DNA from: an uncultured Clostridia bacterium
GTDB lineage: Bacteria; Bacillota; Clostridia; TANB77; CAG-508
Direction: 5' to 3'
DNA length: 32,000 nucleotides
Assembly: GCA_934162205.1 (NCBI GenBank)
Contig: CAKPIA010000004.1
Span: 61,466 to 93,465 of the forward strand
The notes beneath the pieces were generated by a model, which had not been told where the DNA came from, ran no database searches, and saw nothing but the letters and a program-made list of their open reading frames with translations. Shown one piece after another: positions 8,722-17,375 of the stretch (the stretch's first letter is position 1; each line of letters begins with the position of its first letter). Position numbers and translations under genes: made by a program.

Positions 8722-10458
8722 TTAATTTTCTTTATTATTATCTTTATCATTTTTATCATTAGTTTTATTCTCATTTTCTTTATCTTTTTTATTCTCATTA
8801 TTATCTTGAGATTTTTTTACTTTTTTAGTTCCTTTTAAAACAACTCTTTGCATTGCATTATACGTATCTTTTGATAATAATGTTTTAGATACAACAACTC
8901 CATTTAAATTTAAAATTTTATAAGTTTCTGTTATTAATCCATTTACACCTTTTTGTTGAATTTTTTCTGTTCCTTCTTCTATAGTACTATCATTAATATA
9001 TTTTGTTTTATATGGTATTGCAGATACTGTTCTTGTTTCAAAAGTAACTGTATAATCATTTTCTTCTTTTACACCATATAAAGAAATTTTTGCAATTCCA
9101 CTATTTAAAGATGCTTCTATTTTAACTGGATATTTTCTATTATTTTTAAATTTAAAATCTTGTGATCCATACACTACAGTAGCATCTCTTCCTGCTGGTA
9201 AGTATGATGTAACAAATTGATGATTTCTTCTTTCCGTAATTTCTAAATTAGCTAACAACACTGTATTATACAATGTTGAAGAAATCTGACAAATTCCTCC
9301 TCCTAATCCATCTACCACTTCACCATTAGAATAAATCTTTGCCTCTTTATATCCAGCAGAAATCGTTCTCTCTCCAACAATCTTATTGTATGAAAACTCT
9401 TCATCTGGCATTAATACAACACCATTAATTTTATTTATTGCAAGCTGTAAATTTGTTGTTCTATTAGTATTTGTTTTATCATATTTAGTTGTAAATGTTG
9501 AAAGTAAATTAGGGAAAGCTTCTGTTCCAATTTTATTTATAGTCATTTCTGGTTTTGTAATTTTTAAAGGTATTGTATACTCTTCTTTTTCTTCACTACT
9601 TATAATTTGTTTTGCTTCTTCTATATTAAAATCTACTCCGTCAACTTCTGCATGAATCTCAAAAGGTTCTTTATTATAATAAGCATCTTGTGGTTCTTTA
9701 TAAATTTCATCATGAATTTTTTGTAAATCTATTTCTTCTGGTTTTATTACTTCAACAGGTATTTCAATATACTCCTGATTTATATTTTTATTATTTAATT
9801 TTTCATAAATTAATTCTAATAATTTTTCCGAATTAACAACTAATCCTTCTTTTCCTTTAGTTATTATTAAGTTACTATCTTCTATATAATAACTTGTTTC
9901 AACTAATGCTCCAGGTAAATTAGCTCCTATATCTTTAATTAATTTTTCAGTTTCTTCTTCATTAATTATTACTTTAGTTTCTATATCTTTTTTTCCTATT
10001 AATGAAAATAATATATTATAATTATTTATAATAATATTACCATTTCTACCAATTCCATAAGCATCTTCTATTGCCTTATTAGTATCAAATTTTGCATCTA
10101 TTACTTTAGGATTTATTGTTGATTCATATTCACCATATATAACTTTAATTTCTTTATTTATTTTTTCATCAAGAACATTTTCTACCTTTGCTTTAGCCTC
10201 ATCTTTTGATAATCCTGATATATCAATATTATTTATCGAAACACCAGTCATTATATTTTCATTATTTATATTTAATAATGAAAATATTGTAGAAAATATA
10301 GCAAAAATAACTAAAATAAATATTATTAATATAATTATAAAAATATTTCTTTTTCTTCTTGCATTTATTTTTTTTACTTCTTCATAATCATTATATGGAT
10401 TTTGTTTTTTTATTTTTTCATTACTATCTTCTATTTTCTTTTTTTCTATATCATCCAT
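8722..10458 (-). CDS. VanW-family protein with C-terminal G5 domain and Lys/Asn/Asp-rich tail
   Basis: 578-aa ORF with an N-terminal TM helix. The VanW core is ...GGGICQISSTLYNTVLLANLEITERRNHQ.... A G5-like segment (TIEEGTEKIQQKGVNGLITETYKI) follows. Confidence 0.8.
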   Translation of the reverse strand: MDDIEKKKIEDSNEKIKKQNPYNDYEEVKKINARRKRNIFIIILIIFILVIFAIFSTIFSLLNINNENIMTGVSINNIDISGLSKDEAKAKVENVLDEKINKEIKVIYGEYESTINPKVIDAKFDTNKAIEDAYGIGRNGNIIINNYNILFSLIGKKDIETKVIINEEETEKLIKDIGANLPGALVETSYYIEDSNLIITKGKEGLVVNSEKLLELIYEKLNNKNINQEYIEIPVEVIKPEEIDLQKIHDEIYKEPQDAYYNKEPFEIHAEVDGVDFNIEEAKQIISSEEKEEYTIPLKITKPEMTINKIGTEAFPNLLSTFTTKYDKTNTNRTTNLQLAINKINGVVLMPDEEFSYNKIVGERTISAGYKEAKIYSNGEVVDGLGGGICQISSTLYNTVLLANLEITERRNHQFVTSYLPAGRDATVVYGSQDFKFKNNRKYPVKIEASLNSGIAKISLYGVKEENDYTVTFETRTVSAIPYKTKYINDSTIEEGTEKIQQKGVNGLITETYKILNLNGVVVSKTLLSKDTYNAMQRVVLKGTKKVKKSQDNNENKKDKENENKTNDKNDKDNNKEN

Positions 10459-10638
10459 AAAATTCTCCTTTATAAATGTTTTTTCATTAAAATATTATCA
10501 TATTCTATGTTTTTTTACAATAATTTATATTATTATTATATTAATATCTATGTTTTTTATCTATGTTTTAGTACCATTTATTAATTATAAAATTTTTAAA
10601 CTTTTTTGTAATTTTTTATACTTTTTTTTCAAAAATAC

Positions 10639-10667
10639 TTGAACAATGTATAATTTAATATTATAAT
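10639..10667 (+). promoter_or_regulatory. sigma-A-type promoter candidate
   Basis: TTGAAC (10639-10644), 17-nt spacer, TATAAT (10662-10667), about 35 nt upstream of the 10703 start. Confidence 0.45.
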
Positions 10668-10702
10668 GTTGCTAACTAAAGATAAATTAAGGAGATTTTT
10701 AC

Positions 10703-11170
10703 ATGGAATTAACAAAGAATATATTTTTTAATACAGATAAATTAATTGAAAATACTAAAATAAAGATATCTTACACAGGTAAGTTTTTTCAAGATGGATC
10801 AGAAGATGTTTATATACATTATGGTTTTGGAATAAACTGGGATAATCTTAATGATATAAAAATGGAAAAAACAGAATTAGGTTTTCAAGCTGAAATAGAT
10901 TTAACAAATAGCGAAACATTTAACTTCTGTTTTAAAAATGGTTCTGAACAATGGGATAATAACGAAGGACAAAATTATATTTTTCCTATAGAAAAAGCCC
11001 AAAATGAACTTATTGCATTAGATAATGAATTTAATTCAATAGGAACGGTTAGAAAACTTAGACGTTCTTATTTATGGAGCAAAAAAGTACGTTTAGCAGT
11101 ATATAAACTAATTACTTATTTACCAAAAATAATATCTGGTAATTATAGAAGAAGAGTAACTGAACAATAA
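10703..11170 (+). CDS. small carbohydrate-binding-module-like protein (CBM25-type pattern)
   Basis: 155-aa ORF with SD AAGGAG. The pattern YIHYGFGINWDN...FCFKNGSEQWDNNEGQNYIF resembles starch-binding CBM25 modules. Confidence 0.4.
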   Translation: MELTKNIFFNTDKLIENTKIKISYTGKFFQDGSEDVYIHYGFGINWDNLNDIKMEKTELGFQAEIDLTNSETFNFCFKNGSEQWDNNEGQNYIFPIEKAQNELIALDNEFNSIGTVRKLRRSYLWSKKVRLAVYKLITYLPKIISGNYRRRVTEQ

Positions 11171-11177
11171 TAAAAAA

Positions 11178-11207
11178 AACAAAAAGCTTAATGCTTTTTG
11201 TTTTTTT
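11178..11207. terminator. bidirectional terminator between convergent genes
   Basis: Stem caaaaagc / gctttttg (11180-11187 / 11193-11200) flanked by an A-run and a T-run. Confidence 0.6.
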
Positions 11208-11937
11208 ATATTATTACCCATCCCCCATTTGGAGAAATTACTTGCCCTGTTGTAAAATTGTCATCAATAAGCCATTCCACACATTTTGCTATATCTACAG
11301 GAGTTCCTATTTTTCCCAAAGGAGTTACATCCTGTAATTCTTTTAATTCTTCCTCCGTCAAGTTTTTATTCATATCAGTATCTATAGCACCTGGAGCAAT
11401 TGAATTTACCCTTATATTTGATGGTCCTAATTCCTTTGCTAATCCTTTAGTCAACCCATCTACTCCTGCTTTTGAAACAGAATAAAGAACTTCTAAAGAA
11501 CTTCCTACCATTCCCCATATAGAAGAAATATTTATAATACAACCATTTTTATTATGAACCATATTAGGTATTACTTCTTGACACATCATAAATGCTGAAT
11601 ATAAATTAGAATTTATTACTTTATTCCAATCTTCATCTGTTTCATCTACAAACATTTTATATTCTGCTATTCCTGCATTATTTATTAAAATATCTACTTT
11701 TCCATATTTTTCTATAGCAAATTTTATTAAGTCATGGCCTTCTTTTCTCTTAGTCATATCTGCTTTAAAAATATCTATATCTATACTTTCTAATTTTAAT
11801 TCTTCTTGTAGTTTTATTGCTTCTATTTCAGATTGATTATAATTTGCAACTACTTTTATTCCTTTTTTTGCTAATCTTTTTGCTATTTCTCTTCCAATTC
11901 CTCTGGAAGCTCCTGTAACTATAGCTACTTTTTGCAT
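11206..11937 (-). CDS. short-chain dehydrogenase/reductase, FabG-like 3-oxoacyl-ACP reductase family
   Basis: 243-aa ORF with TGASRGIG, NNAG and the YSVSKAG catalytic motif. Confidence 0.8.
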   Translation of the reverse strand: MQKVAIVTGASRGIGREIAKRLAKKGIKVVANYNQSEIEAIKLQEELKLESIDIDIFKADMTKRKEGHDLIKFAIEKYGKVDILINNAGIAEYKMFVDETDEDWNKVINSNLYSAFMMCQEVIPNMVHNKNGCIINISSIWGMVGSSLEVLYSVSKAGVDGLTKGLAKELGPSNIRVNSIAPGAIDTDMNKNLTEEELKELQDVTPLGKIGTPVDIAKCVEWLIDDNFTTGQVISPNGGWVII

Positions 11938-12066
11938 ATTTTTTCCTTTCTTAATTATAAAAATTATAAAACAAATTTTATTTTTTAAATATTTTTTATT
12001 TTCTATATTTATAATATAAAAAAAGCCAATAATTAAGAGTTATCTCAAAACTATTGACCTTTATTA

Positions 12067-12142
<76 letters not shown>

Positions 12143-12146
12143 GTCA

Positions 12147-12221
12147 TGGTGACCCGTACGGGAATCGAACCCATGTCTCCGCCGTGAAAGGGCGATGTCT
12201 TAACCGCTTGACCAACGGGCC
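12147..12221 (-). tRNA. tRNA-Glu (anticodon UUC)
   Basis: The reverse complement is GGCCCGT...TCGCC-CTTTCAC-GGCGG..., with T-loop GGTTCGATTCC and encoded CCA. Confidence 0.9.
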
Positions 12222-12231
12222 ATAAAAATGT

Positions 12232-12264
12232 AAAGAACTAAATATCAAAAATATTTAGTTCTTT
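12232..12264 (-). terminator. terminator-like 14-bp perfect hairpin between tRNA-Lys(UUU) and tRNA-Glu
   Basis: Arms aaagaactaaatat / atatttagttcttt with loop caaaa, followed on the minus strand by acaTTTTTat. Confidence 0.45.
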
Positions 12265-12339
12265 GGTGAGCTATCCGCGACTCGAACGCGGGACAACTTG
12301 ATTAAAAGTCAAGTGCTCTACCACCTGAGCTAATAGCCC
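12264..12339 (-). tRNA. tRNA-Lys (anticodon UUU)
   Basis: The reverse complement is GGGCTAT...CTTGA-CTTTTAA-TCAAG..., with T-arm CCGCGTTCGAGTCGCGG and encoded CCA. Confidence 0.9.
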
Positions 12340-12370
12340 AAATAATTGTGAAACGTCACAACACCTTTAT

Positions 12371-12399
12371 ATATTACAACACTTTTAATAAATTGTCAA
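12371..12399 (-). promoter_or_regulatory. strong sigma-A-type promoter for the tRNA cluster
   Basis: On the minus strand: TTGACA (12399..12394), 17-nt spacer, TAATAT (12376..12371). Upstream lie AT-rich ATTTTATAAAA repeats that resemble an UP element. Confidence 0.55.
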
Positions 12400-12480
12400 T
12401 ATATTTTATAAAAATTTTTCGAATTTTATAAAATATTTTATAAAATTCAATTTTTGTTTGTTTTTCAACACTAATTTTAA

Positions 12481-12669
12481 TTATTCTTTATTCATTTTTT
12501 CTAAAACTTCTTCTACATCTACACCATGAACAGCACATGCTTCTTCTAAAGTTTCCATTTGTGATGCAGGACATCCTAAACAATGCATTCCTATTTCTAA
12601 TAAAATATTAGCCTTATCTGGTGCTATTTCTAAAATTTCTCCAATTGTTGTATCTTTACTTATTTTCAT
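12481..12669 (-). CDS. DUF1858 / hybrid-cluster-protein-associated redox disulfide protein
   Basis: 62-aa ORF with SD GGAG. The sequence TIGEILEIAPDKANILLEIGMHCLGCPASQMETLEEAC matches the family pattern, including the CxxC motif. Confidence 0.7.
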   Translation of the reverse strand: MKISKDTTIGEILEIAPDKANILLEIGMHCLGCPASQMETLEEACAVHGVDVEEVLEKMNKE

Positions 12670-12730
12670 ATTTTTTACTCCTTTCTTTTTTTTATATTTT
12701 AATATTTTACCATAAAATTTATAAAAAGTA

Positions 12731-12759
12731 TAGACAAAATAAAAAAAATATTATATTAT
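12731..12759 (+). promoter_or_regulatory. promoter candidate for the plus-strand T4SS block
   Basis: TAGACA (12731-12736), 17-nt spacer, TATTAT (12754-12759). Confidence 0.3.
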
Positions 12760-12939
12760 GGAAAAAATTGTAAGGTGGTGGTTTTATTTCTAGACTTATT
12801 GATTTGTTCTTTATTACTTATATTATTAATCTTTTTGTCACTTTGTATTCAATCTATTGTTTTTTTGATATAAAAATTTTCCATAATCTTCAAGGTTCAA
12901 AATTAAAAATTAAAGCAAAAAATAATAAGGAGGTTAATT

Positions 12940-14650
12940 ATTAAAAAATTTTTTACAAGACTTTTATTTTGTCTATTATTTTTATTAATTTCTATTTATA
13001 TTTTTTATAAAATTTTTTATCCTATATATTATTCAAATACAATTATTATTAGATATGGTTTAAGACCTTTTGATATATGTCAAAAAAATCCTCAAATATG
13101 GAATTATTTAAAAATATCTTTTATTATTTCTTTTATTTTCAATAATATTTTATTAAGTAATTTTTTATTTAAAATAATTTTTAAAAATATTGTTTTTAAA
13201 AACAAATCTACAATATCAAAAAATATTTTTGATGATAATTTAAAATTACTTATTCGGTTATAATAAAGCTTCAAATTCAAATGTTTATGTTACAGAAAAA
13301 GGACTTTTTCAAAATTTTTTAATTACAGGTACAATTGGATCTGGAAAAACAAGTTCAGCTATGTATCCATTTACAGAACAACTAATTAAATATAATTCAT
13401 TACATCCAAATAAAAAAATAGGAATGTTAATACTTGATGTAAAAGGAAATTATTATGAACAAGTATCCAAATATCTAGAAAAGTATAATTTACAAAATGA
13501 TTTAATAACAATTGGTTTAAATTCCAATATTACTTATAATCCGTTACATAAACCAAACTTAAATCCTATTGTTTTAAGTAATAGGCTAAAAACAATTTTA
13601 ACTCTTTTTTCAGAAAATAATTCGGAGTCTTATTGGCTTGATAAAGTAGAACAGATAATAACTGAATGTATAAAATTATGTAGATTATACAATAATGGAT
13701 ATGTTACTTTTTTAGAAATCCACAAATTAGTTACTTATCCAAACTATTATATTGAAAAAATTAAAACATTAAGAGAATTATTTATTTCTTCACAATTATC
13801 TCAAAAAGATATTTATGAACTTAATTCATCATTAAATTTTTTCGAAAAGGAATTTTTTTCATTAGATTTAAGAACTCAGTCTATTTTAAAATCCGAAATT
13901 ACAAGAATAACAAATATTTTTGTTTCTGATTATAATATTCAAAAAACTTTTTGTCCACCTAAAGAAAACTTGAGCCTATTAGGTTTTTCTGACGTAATTC
14001 AAAATGGAAAAATTGTAGTATTAAATATGAATATTGCAGAATATAGAAATTTATCTAAAATTATAGCAGCATATTTAAAATTAGATTTTCAAACTGAGAT
14101 AATGACAAATCTATCAAATAACAATATAAAAACAACAGCTTTTATATGTGATGAATATTCTGAATATGTAACAAAAAATGATTGTGAATTTTTTTCATTA
14201 AGTAGAGAAGCAAAATGTATAAATATTGTTAGCACTCAAAGTTATTCATCTCTAAAAAACACTTTAAAAGATGAAACTTCTGTTAAAGTAATTTGTCAAA
14301 ACTTAATAAATAAAATTTGGTTTAGAACAGATGATATTTTTACTATTGAAGAAGCCCAAAAACAATTTGGAAAAGAAGAAAAAAATAGAACTTCATATAC
14401 AATTTCAGAAAATGCAAAAGAAACAAAATATAGTTATTTTTCAAATAAGTTAAAATCAAAAGATTCTAATATATCAGAAAGTATCAATTCTTACTCTCAA
14501 TTAGATTTTAAGTATGATACAAAAGTATTTACTCAAGATCTAGAAACATTTAATTCTATAGCATTTTTATCTGACGGAAATAAAATATTACCAATTTCAA
14601 AATTAAAAATGTATCCTTATTTTATAAATAATCACCCTACAATTACATAA
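12940..14650 (+). pseudogene. VirD4/TraG-type type IV coupling protein (T4CP), with non-canonical ATT start and one +1 frame break near 13255
   Basis: Frame 1 from ATT 12940 (6 nt after GGAGG) encodes two TM helices and stops at TAA TAA 13261-13266. Frame 2, open from 13244, continues ...GYNKASNSNVYVTEKGLFQNFLITGTIGSGKTSSAMYPF (Walker A). A Walker B-like AFICDEYSEY follows. The ORF track shows only 13361..14650. Confidence 0.7.
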
Positions 14651-14663
14651 AGGAGGAATGTTA

Positions 14664-14993
14664 ATGCAAAACAAAAAAATTTATTATTTGATTTTTATTT
14701 TATTATTTTTTATACTATTAATTTTCGTATTATCTACTAATATATATGCCGCAGAACCTAAGCTGGTAAAAACAATAACTAAAGCTTTTGAAAAAATTAA
14801 AGACTGGGTATTAAAAATTGCGACTCCTGCTGCAGCAGTTGCAGTTGCTACAGGAATATTTATGAAAAAATTTAGCTTTGGTGATGAAGAAAGAATGAGA
14901 ATAGGCAAAAAATTAGTAAGAAATTCTTTATTCTCTTATGCCTTTTTATTAGCAATAGATCTTATTTTAGGTGCCATAGAATCATTAATATAA
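14664..14993 (+). CDS. TrbC/VirB2-like pilin-type small membrane protein
   Basis: The start was moved to the ATG at 14664, 7 nt after AGGAGG. The protein has a signal-peptide-like N-terminus ending ...NIYA/AEP, followed by two hydrophobic helices (ATPAAAVAVATGIF, FSYAFLLAIDLILGAI). Confidence 0.45.
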   Translation: MQNKKIYYLIFILLFFILLIFVLSTNIYAAEPKLVKTITKAFEKIKDWVLKIATPAAAVAVATGIFMKKFSFGDEERMRIGKKLVRNSLFSYAFLLAIDLILGAIESLI

Positions 14994-15007
14994 TAGGAGG
15001 TTAATTA

Positions 15008-15883
15008 TTGGAAAATATATCAAATAACAATATTACAACTACTATAATTGACACAATTAATACTATTTTTCAAAATCTATTTTCTTCTATTGATAATAGT
15101 CTATACTCTGTTCTTGATGATATAACTTTTATTAATAACAATATTTTAGATGATCCTTATTTTGACAAAATTTTTGGTTCTTCATCTTCTAATGGAATAC
15201 TACTTATAGCAAATTCATTATTATTAGGTTTTTTATTATATTTTGGTATAAAATATTTATTTTCAAATCTTACATATTCACAAATAGAGTCACCTAAGCA
15301 ATTTATTTTTAAAATAATTATATTTGGAATATTAATGAATTTTTCCGGAACAATTGTTGAACAATCTATAACTATTTTATCTAATATATCTTTAGCAATA
15401 AGAGAACTAGGAAAATCTCTATTTAATACAGATATATGTTTTTCCACTTTAATAAATAAAATAAATAATAATATTTCTATAAATACATCTTCATTAAATA
15501 TTTTTTCAATTGATGGTTTAATAAAAGGTGTAATGAGTTTATCATTATTAAATTTAGTCTTTTCTTATTCATTAAGATATATAATAATAAAAGTATTTAT
15601 TTTATTAACTCCATTTGCTTTTTTATCTTTATCTTTAGAAAAAACATCTTGGTTTTTTAAAGCTTGGTTACGAAATTATTTTTCTTTATTTTTTATTCAA
15701 ATTATAGTTTCATTAATATTAGTTATTTTATTTTCTATGAATTATTCTGATAAACTTGTCATTAAATTTATTTATGTTGGAGGTATTTATGCATTAATAA
15801 AAGCAAATTCTATAGTTAAAGAATTTATTGGAGGTTTATCCACAAATTTTTCATTAAATGTTAATAACTTGATTAAAAAATAA
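15008..15883 (+). CDS. VirB6/TrbL-like polytopic membrane protein
   Basis: 291-aa ORF with a TTG start 7 nt after GGAGG. It has at least five hydrophobic helices and sits between the pilin-like and VirB3-like genes. Confidence 0.45.
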   Translation: MENISNNNITTTIIDTINTIFQNLFSSIDNSLYSVLDDITFINNNILDDPYFDKIFGSSSSNGILLIANSLLLGFLLYFGIKYLFSNLTYSQIESPKQFIFKIIIFGILMNFSGTIVEQSITILSNISLAIRELGKSLFNTDICFSTLINKINNNISINTSSLNIFSIDGLIKGVMSLSLLNLVFSYSLRYIIIKVFILLTPFAFLSLSLEKTSWFFKAWLRNYFSLFFIQIIVSLILVILFSMNYSDKLVIKFIYVGGIYALIKANSIVKEFIGGLSTNFSLNVNNLIKK

Positions 15884-15935
15884 TTTTTTAATACTTTTAA
15901 CTAATTTATATTTTCAATTTTAAAGGAGGATACAA

Positions 15936-16223
15936 ATGAAATTTATATTTCCACAAAACTATGATTTTAATACCAAAATTTTGGGTTTTATAGATTATTC
16001 TACTGCTTTTTTAAATATAATTTTTGCGATAATTTTATGCTTTTTTTTACATATTTTTATTAAAAATTTATCAATAAAAATCTTCATTTTTATTACATTT
16101 TATTTTCCTCTGTTTTTATTTAGTTTACTGGGATTGAACGGTGAAAAAATCACATATTTTTTTGTATATATTTTTAAGTATTTTTTTAAACCAAAATTGT
16201 ATTTATATAAAAAATTTTTTTAA
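15936..16223 (+). CDS. VirB3/PrgI/TcpE-like small two-helix membrane protein
   Basis: 95-aa ORF with SD AAGGAGG. A short N-terminus (YDFNTKILGFIDYST) is followed by hydrophobic helices. The gene occupies the slot that normally precedes VirB4. Confidence 0.4.
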   Translation: MKFIFPQNYDFNTKILGFIDYSTAFLNIIFAIILCFFLHIFIKNLSIKIFIFITFYFPLFLFSLLGLNGEKITYFFVYIFKYFFKPKLYLYKKFF

Positions 16224-16320
16224 AGTTATATATACATGTTTTTCTAGTTTTAATCATTTATTTTTTAACATTTTACTGTAATTATGTTAATTTATCTCTT
16301 TAAATCTTATTATTTTATAT

Positions 16321-16350
16321 TTGCATTTTATATATAATACATGATATAAT
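16321..16350 (+). promoter_or_regulatory. promoter candidate for the dnaD-like/dnaI-like genes
   Basis: TTGCAT (16321-16326), 18-nt spacer, TATAAT (16345-16350). Confidence 0.4.
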
Positions 16351-16399
16351 TCTACAAAGTTAGATTTTATCTTACTTATTTTGTTTTAGGGAGAAAGCT

Positions 16400-17365
16400 A
16401 TGAAATTAGAACAATCAGAAAAATCTTTATTATTTTCAGAAACATCTTTACCAGATGTATTTTTCGCTGAACATTTATCACAAATGCCAGGAGAGTATAT
16501 AAAAATATATTTATATATGTTTTTTTTATCTAAATATAATAAAGATATAAAATTAAATGACTTATCAAAAAAACTATCATTACCATTAAAAACAATTAAT
16601 GATGGTATTAAATTTTTAGAAGATAATAATTTTATTATTAAAAAAACTACTGGTTTTATATTAGTAAATTTACAAGAAGAAACACTACATAAATTATATT
16701 CTCCAAATTTAGCTATATCTCCAGAAAAAATTAAAGAAAACTCTAAAAACCAAGCAAGATCAAAAGCAATTGAACATATTAATAATAAATATTTTCAAGG
16801 AATTATGGGACCATCTTGGTATAATGATATTGATTTATGGTTTAGAAAATATAACTTTGATGAGCAAGTAATGATAGCATTATTTGATTATTGTTTTAAT
16901 AGATCTGCACTACATAAAAATTATGTTCAAACAGTCGCTGAAGCTTGGGGATTAAATAAAATTCAAACATGGAACGATTTAGATTTATATTATCAAAAAC
17001 AAGAAAAAATAAATAAAATTAAGAAAACAATCTCTAAAAAATTAGGTAGAAGAGATAACTTAACACAATACGAAGAAGCTTATATTGAAAAATGGGTATT
17101 TGATTATGGATATGAATTAGATGTTATTGAAATTGCTTTAAAAAGAACAACATTTAAATCTAGTGTTAGTTTTGAATATTTAAATAATGTTATTACAGAT
17201 TGGCATGACAGAAATCTTAAAAATCCTAATGAAGTTTTAAACTTTTTAGAAGAACGAAAACAACAAACAAAAGATATTAAAAACTTAGAGAAAAAAGTTT
17301 CAAAAAATAATTATGAACAAAGACAATATGATAATTTAGACTTTTTATATGCAAACAAAAAATAA
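16400..17365 (+). CDS. DnaD-domain replication initiation / helicase-loading protein (B. subtilis DnaB/DnaD-like)
   Basis: 321-aa ORF with SD GGGAG. It has an N-terminal winged-helix-like region plus two DnaD-type repeats (WFRKYNFDEQVMIALFDYC..., YIEKWVFDYGYELDVIEIALKR...). Confidence 0.7.
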   Translation: MKLEQSEKSLLFSETSLPDVFFAEHLSQMPGEYIKIYLYMFFLSKYNKDIKLNDLSKKLSLPLKTINDGIKFLEDNNFIIKKTTGFILVNLQEETLHKLYSPNLAISPEKIKENSKNQARSKAIEHINNKYFQGIMGPSWYNDIDLWFRKYNFDEQVMIALFDYCFNRSALHKNYVQTVAEAWGLNKIQTWNDLDLYYQKQEKINKIKKTISKKLGRRDNLTQYEEAYIEKWVFDYGYELDVIEIALKRTTFKSSVSFEYLNNVITDWHDRNLKNPNEVLNFLEERKQQTKDIKNLEKKVSKNNYEQRQYDNLDFLYANKK

Positions 17366-17375
17366 AGGAGAATAT

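Larger units (their letters stand above)
12731..16223 (+). mobile_element. conjugative-element remnant, block A (T4CP, VirB2-like, VirB6-like, VirB3-like)
   Basis: Four tightly packed co-directional genes have T4SS-type architectures. The block lies head-on to replication. No relaxase or integrase is present. Confidence 0.55.

Noticed and set aside
10402-10584. 60-aa plus-strand ORF overlapping the VanW start and its upstream region.
   Set aside because: It has a low-complexity F/Y/I composition and no SD, and it lies in a divergent promoter region.
12346-12361. Palindrome TTGTGA-AACG-TCACAA between the tRNA promoter and tRNA-Lys(UUU), resembling Rex or CRP/FNR half-sites.
   Set aside because: The spacing is N4 between TTGTGA and TCACAA. 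Canonical Rex sites (TTGTGAA-N4-TTCACAA) are 2 bp longer, and CRP needs N6. The location in a pre-tRNA leader has no obvious logic, so it may simply be a processing hairpin.
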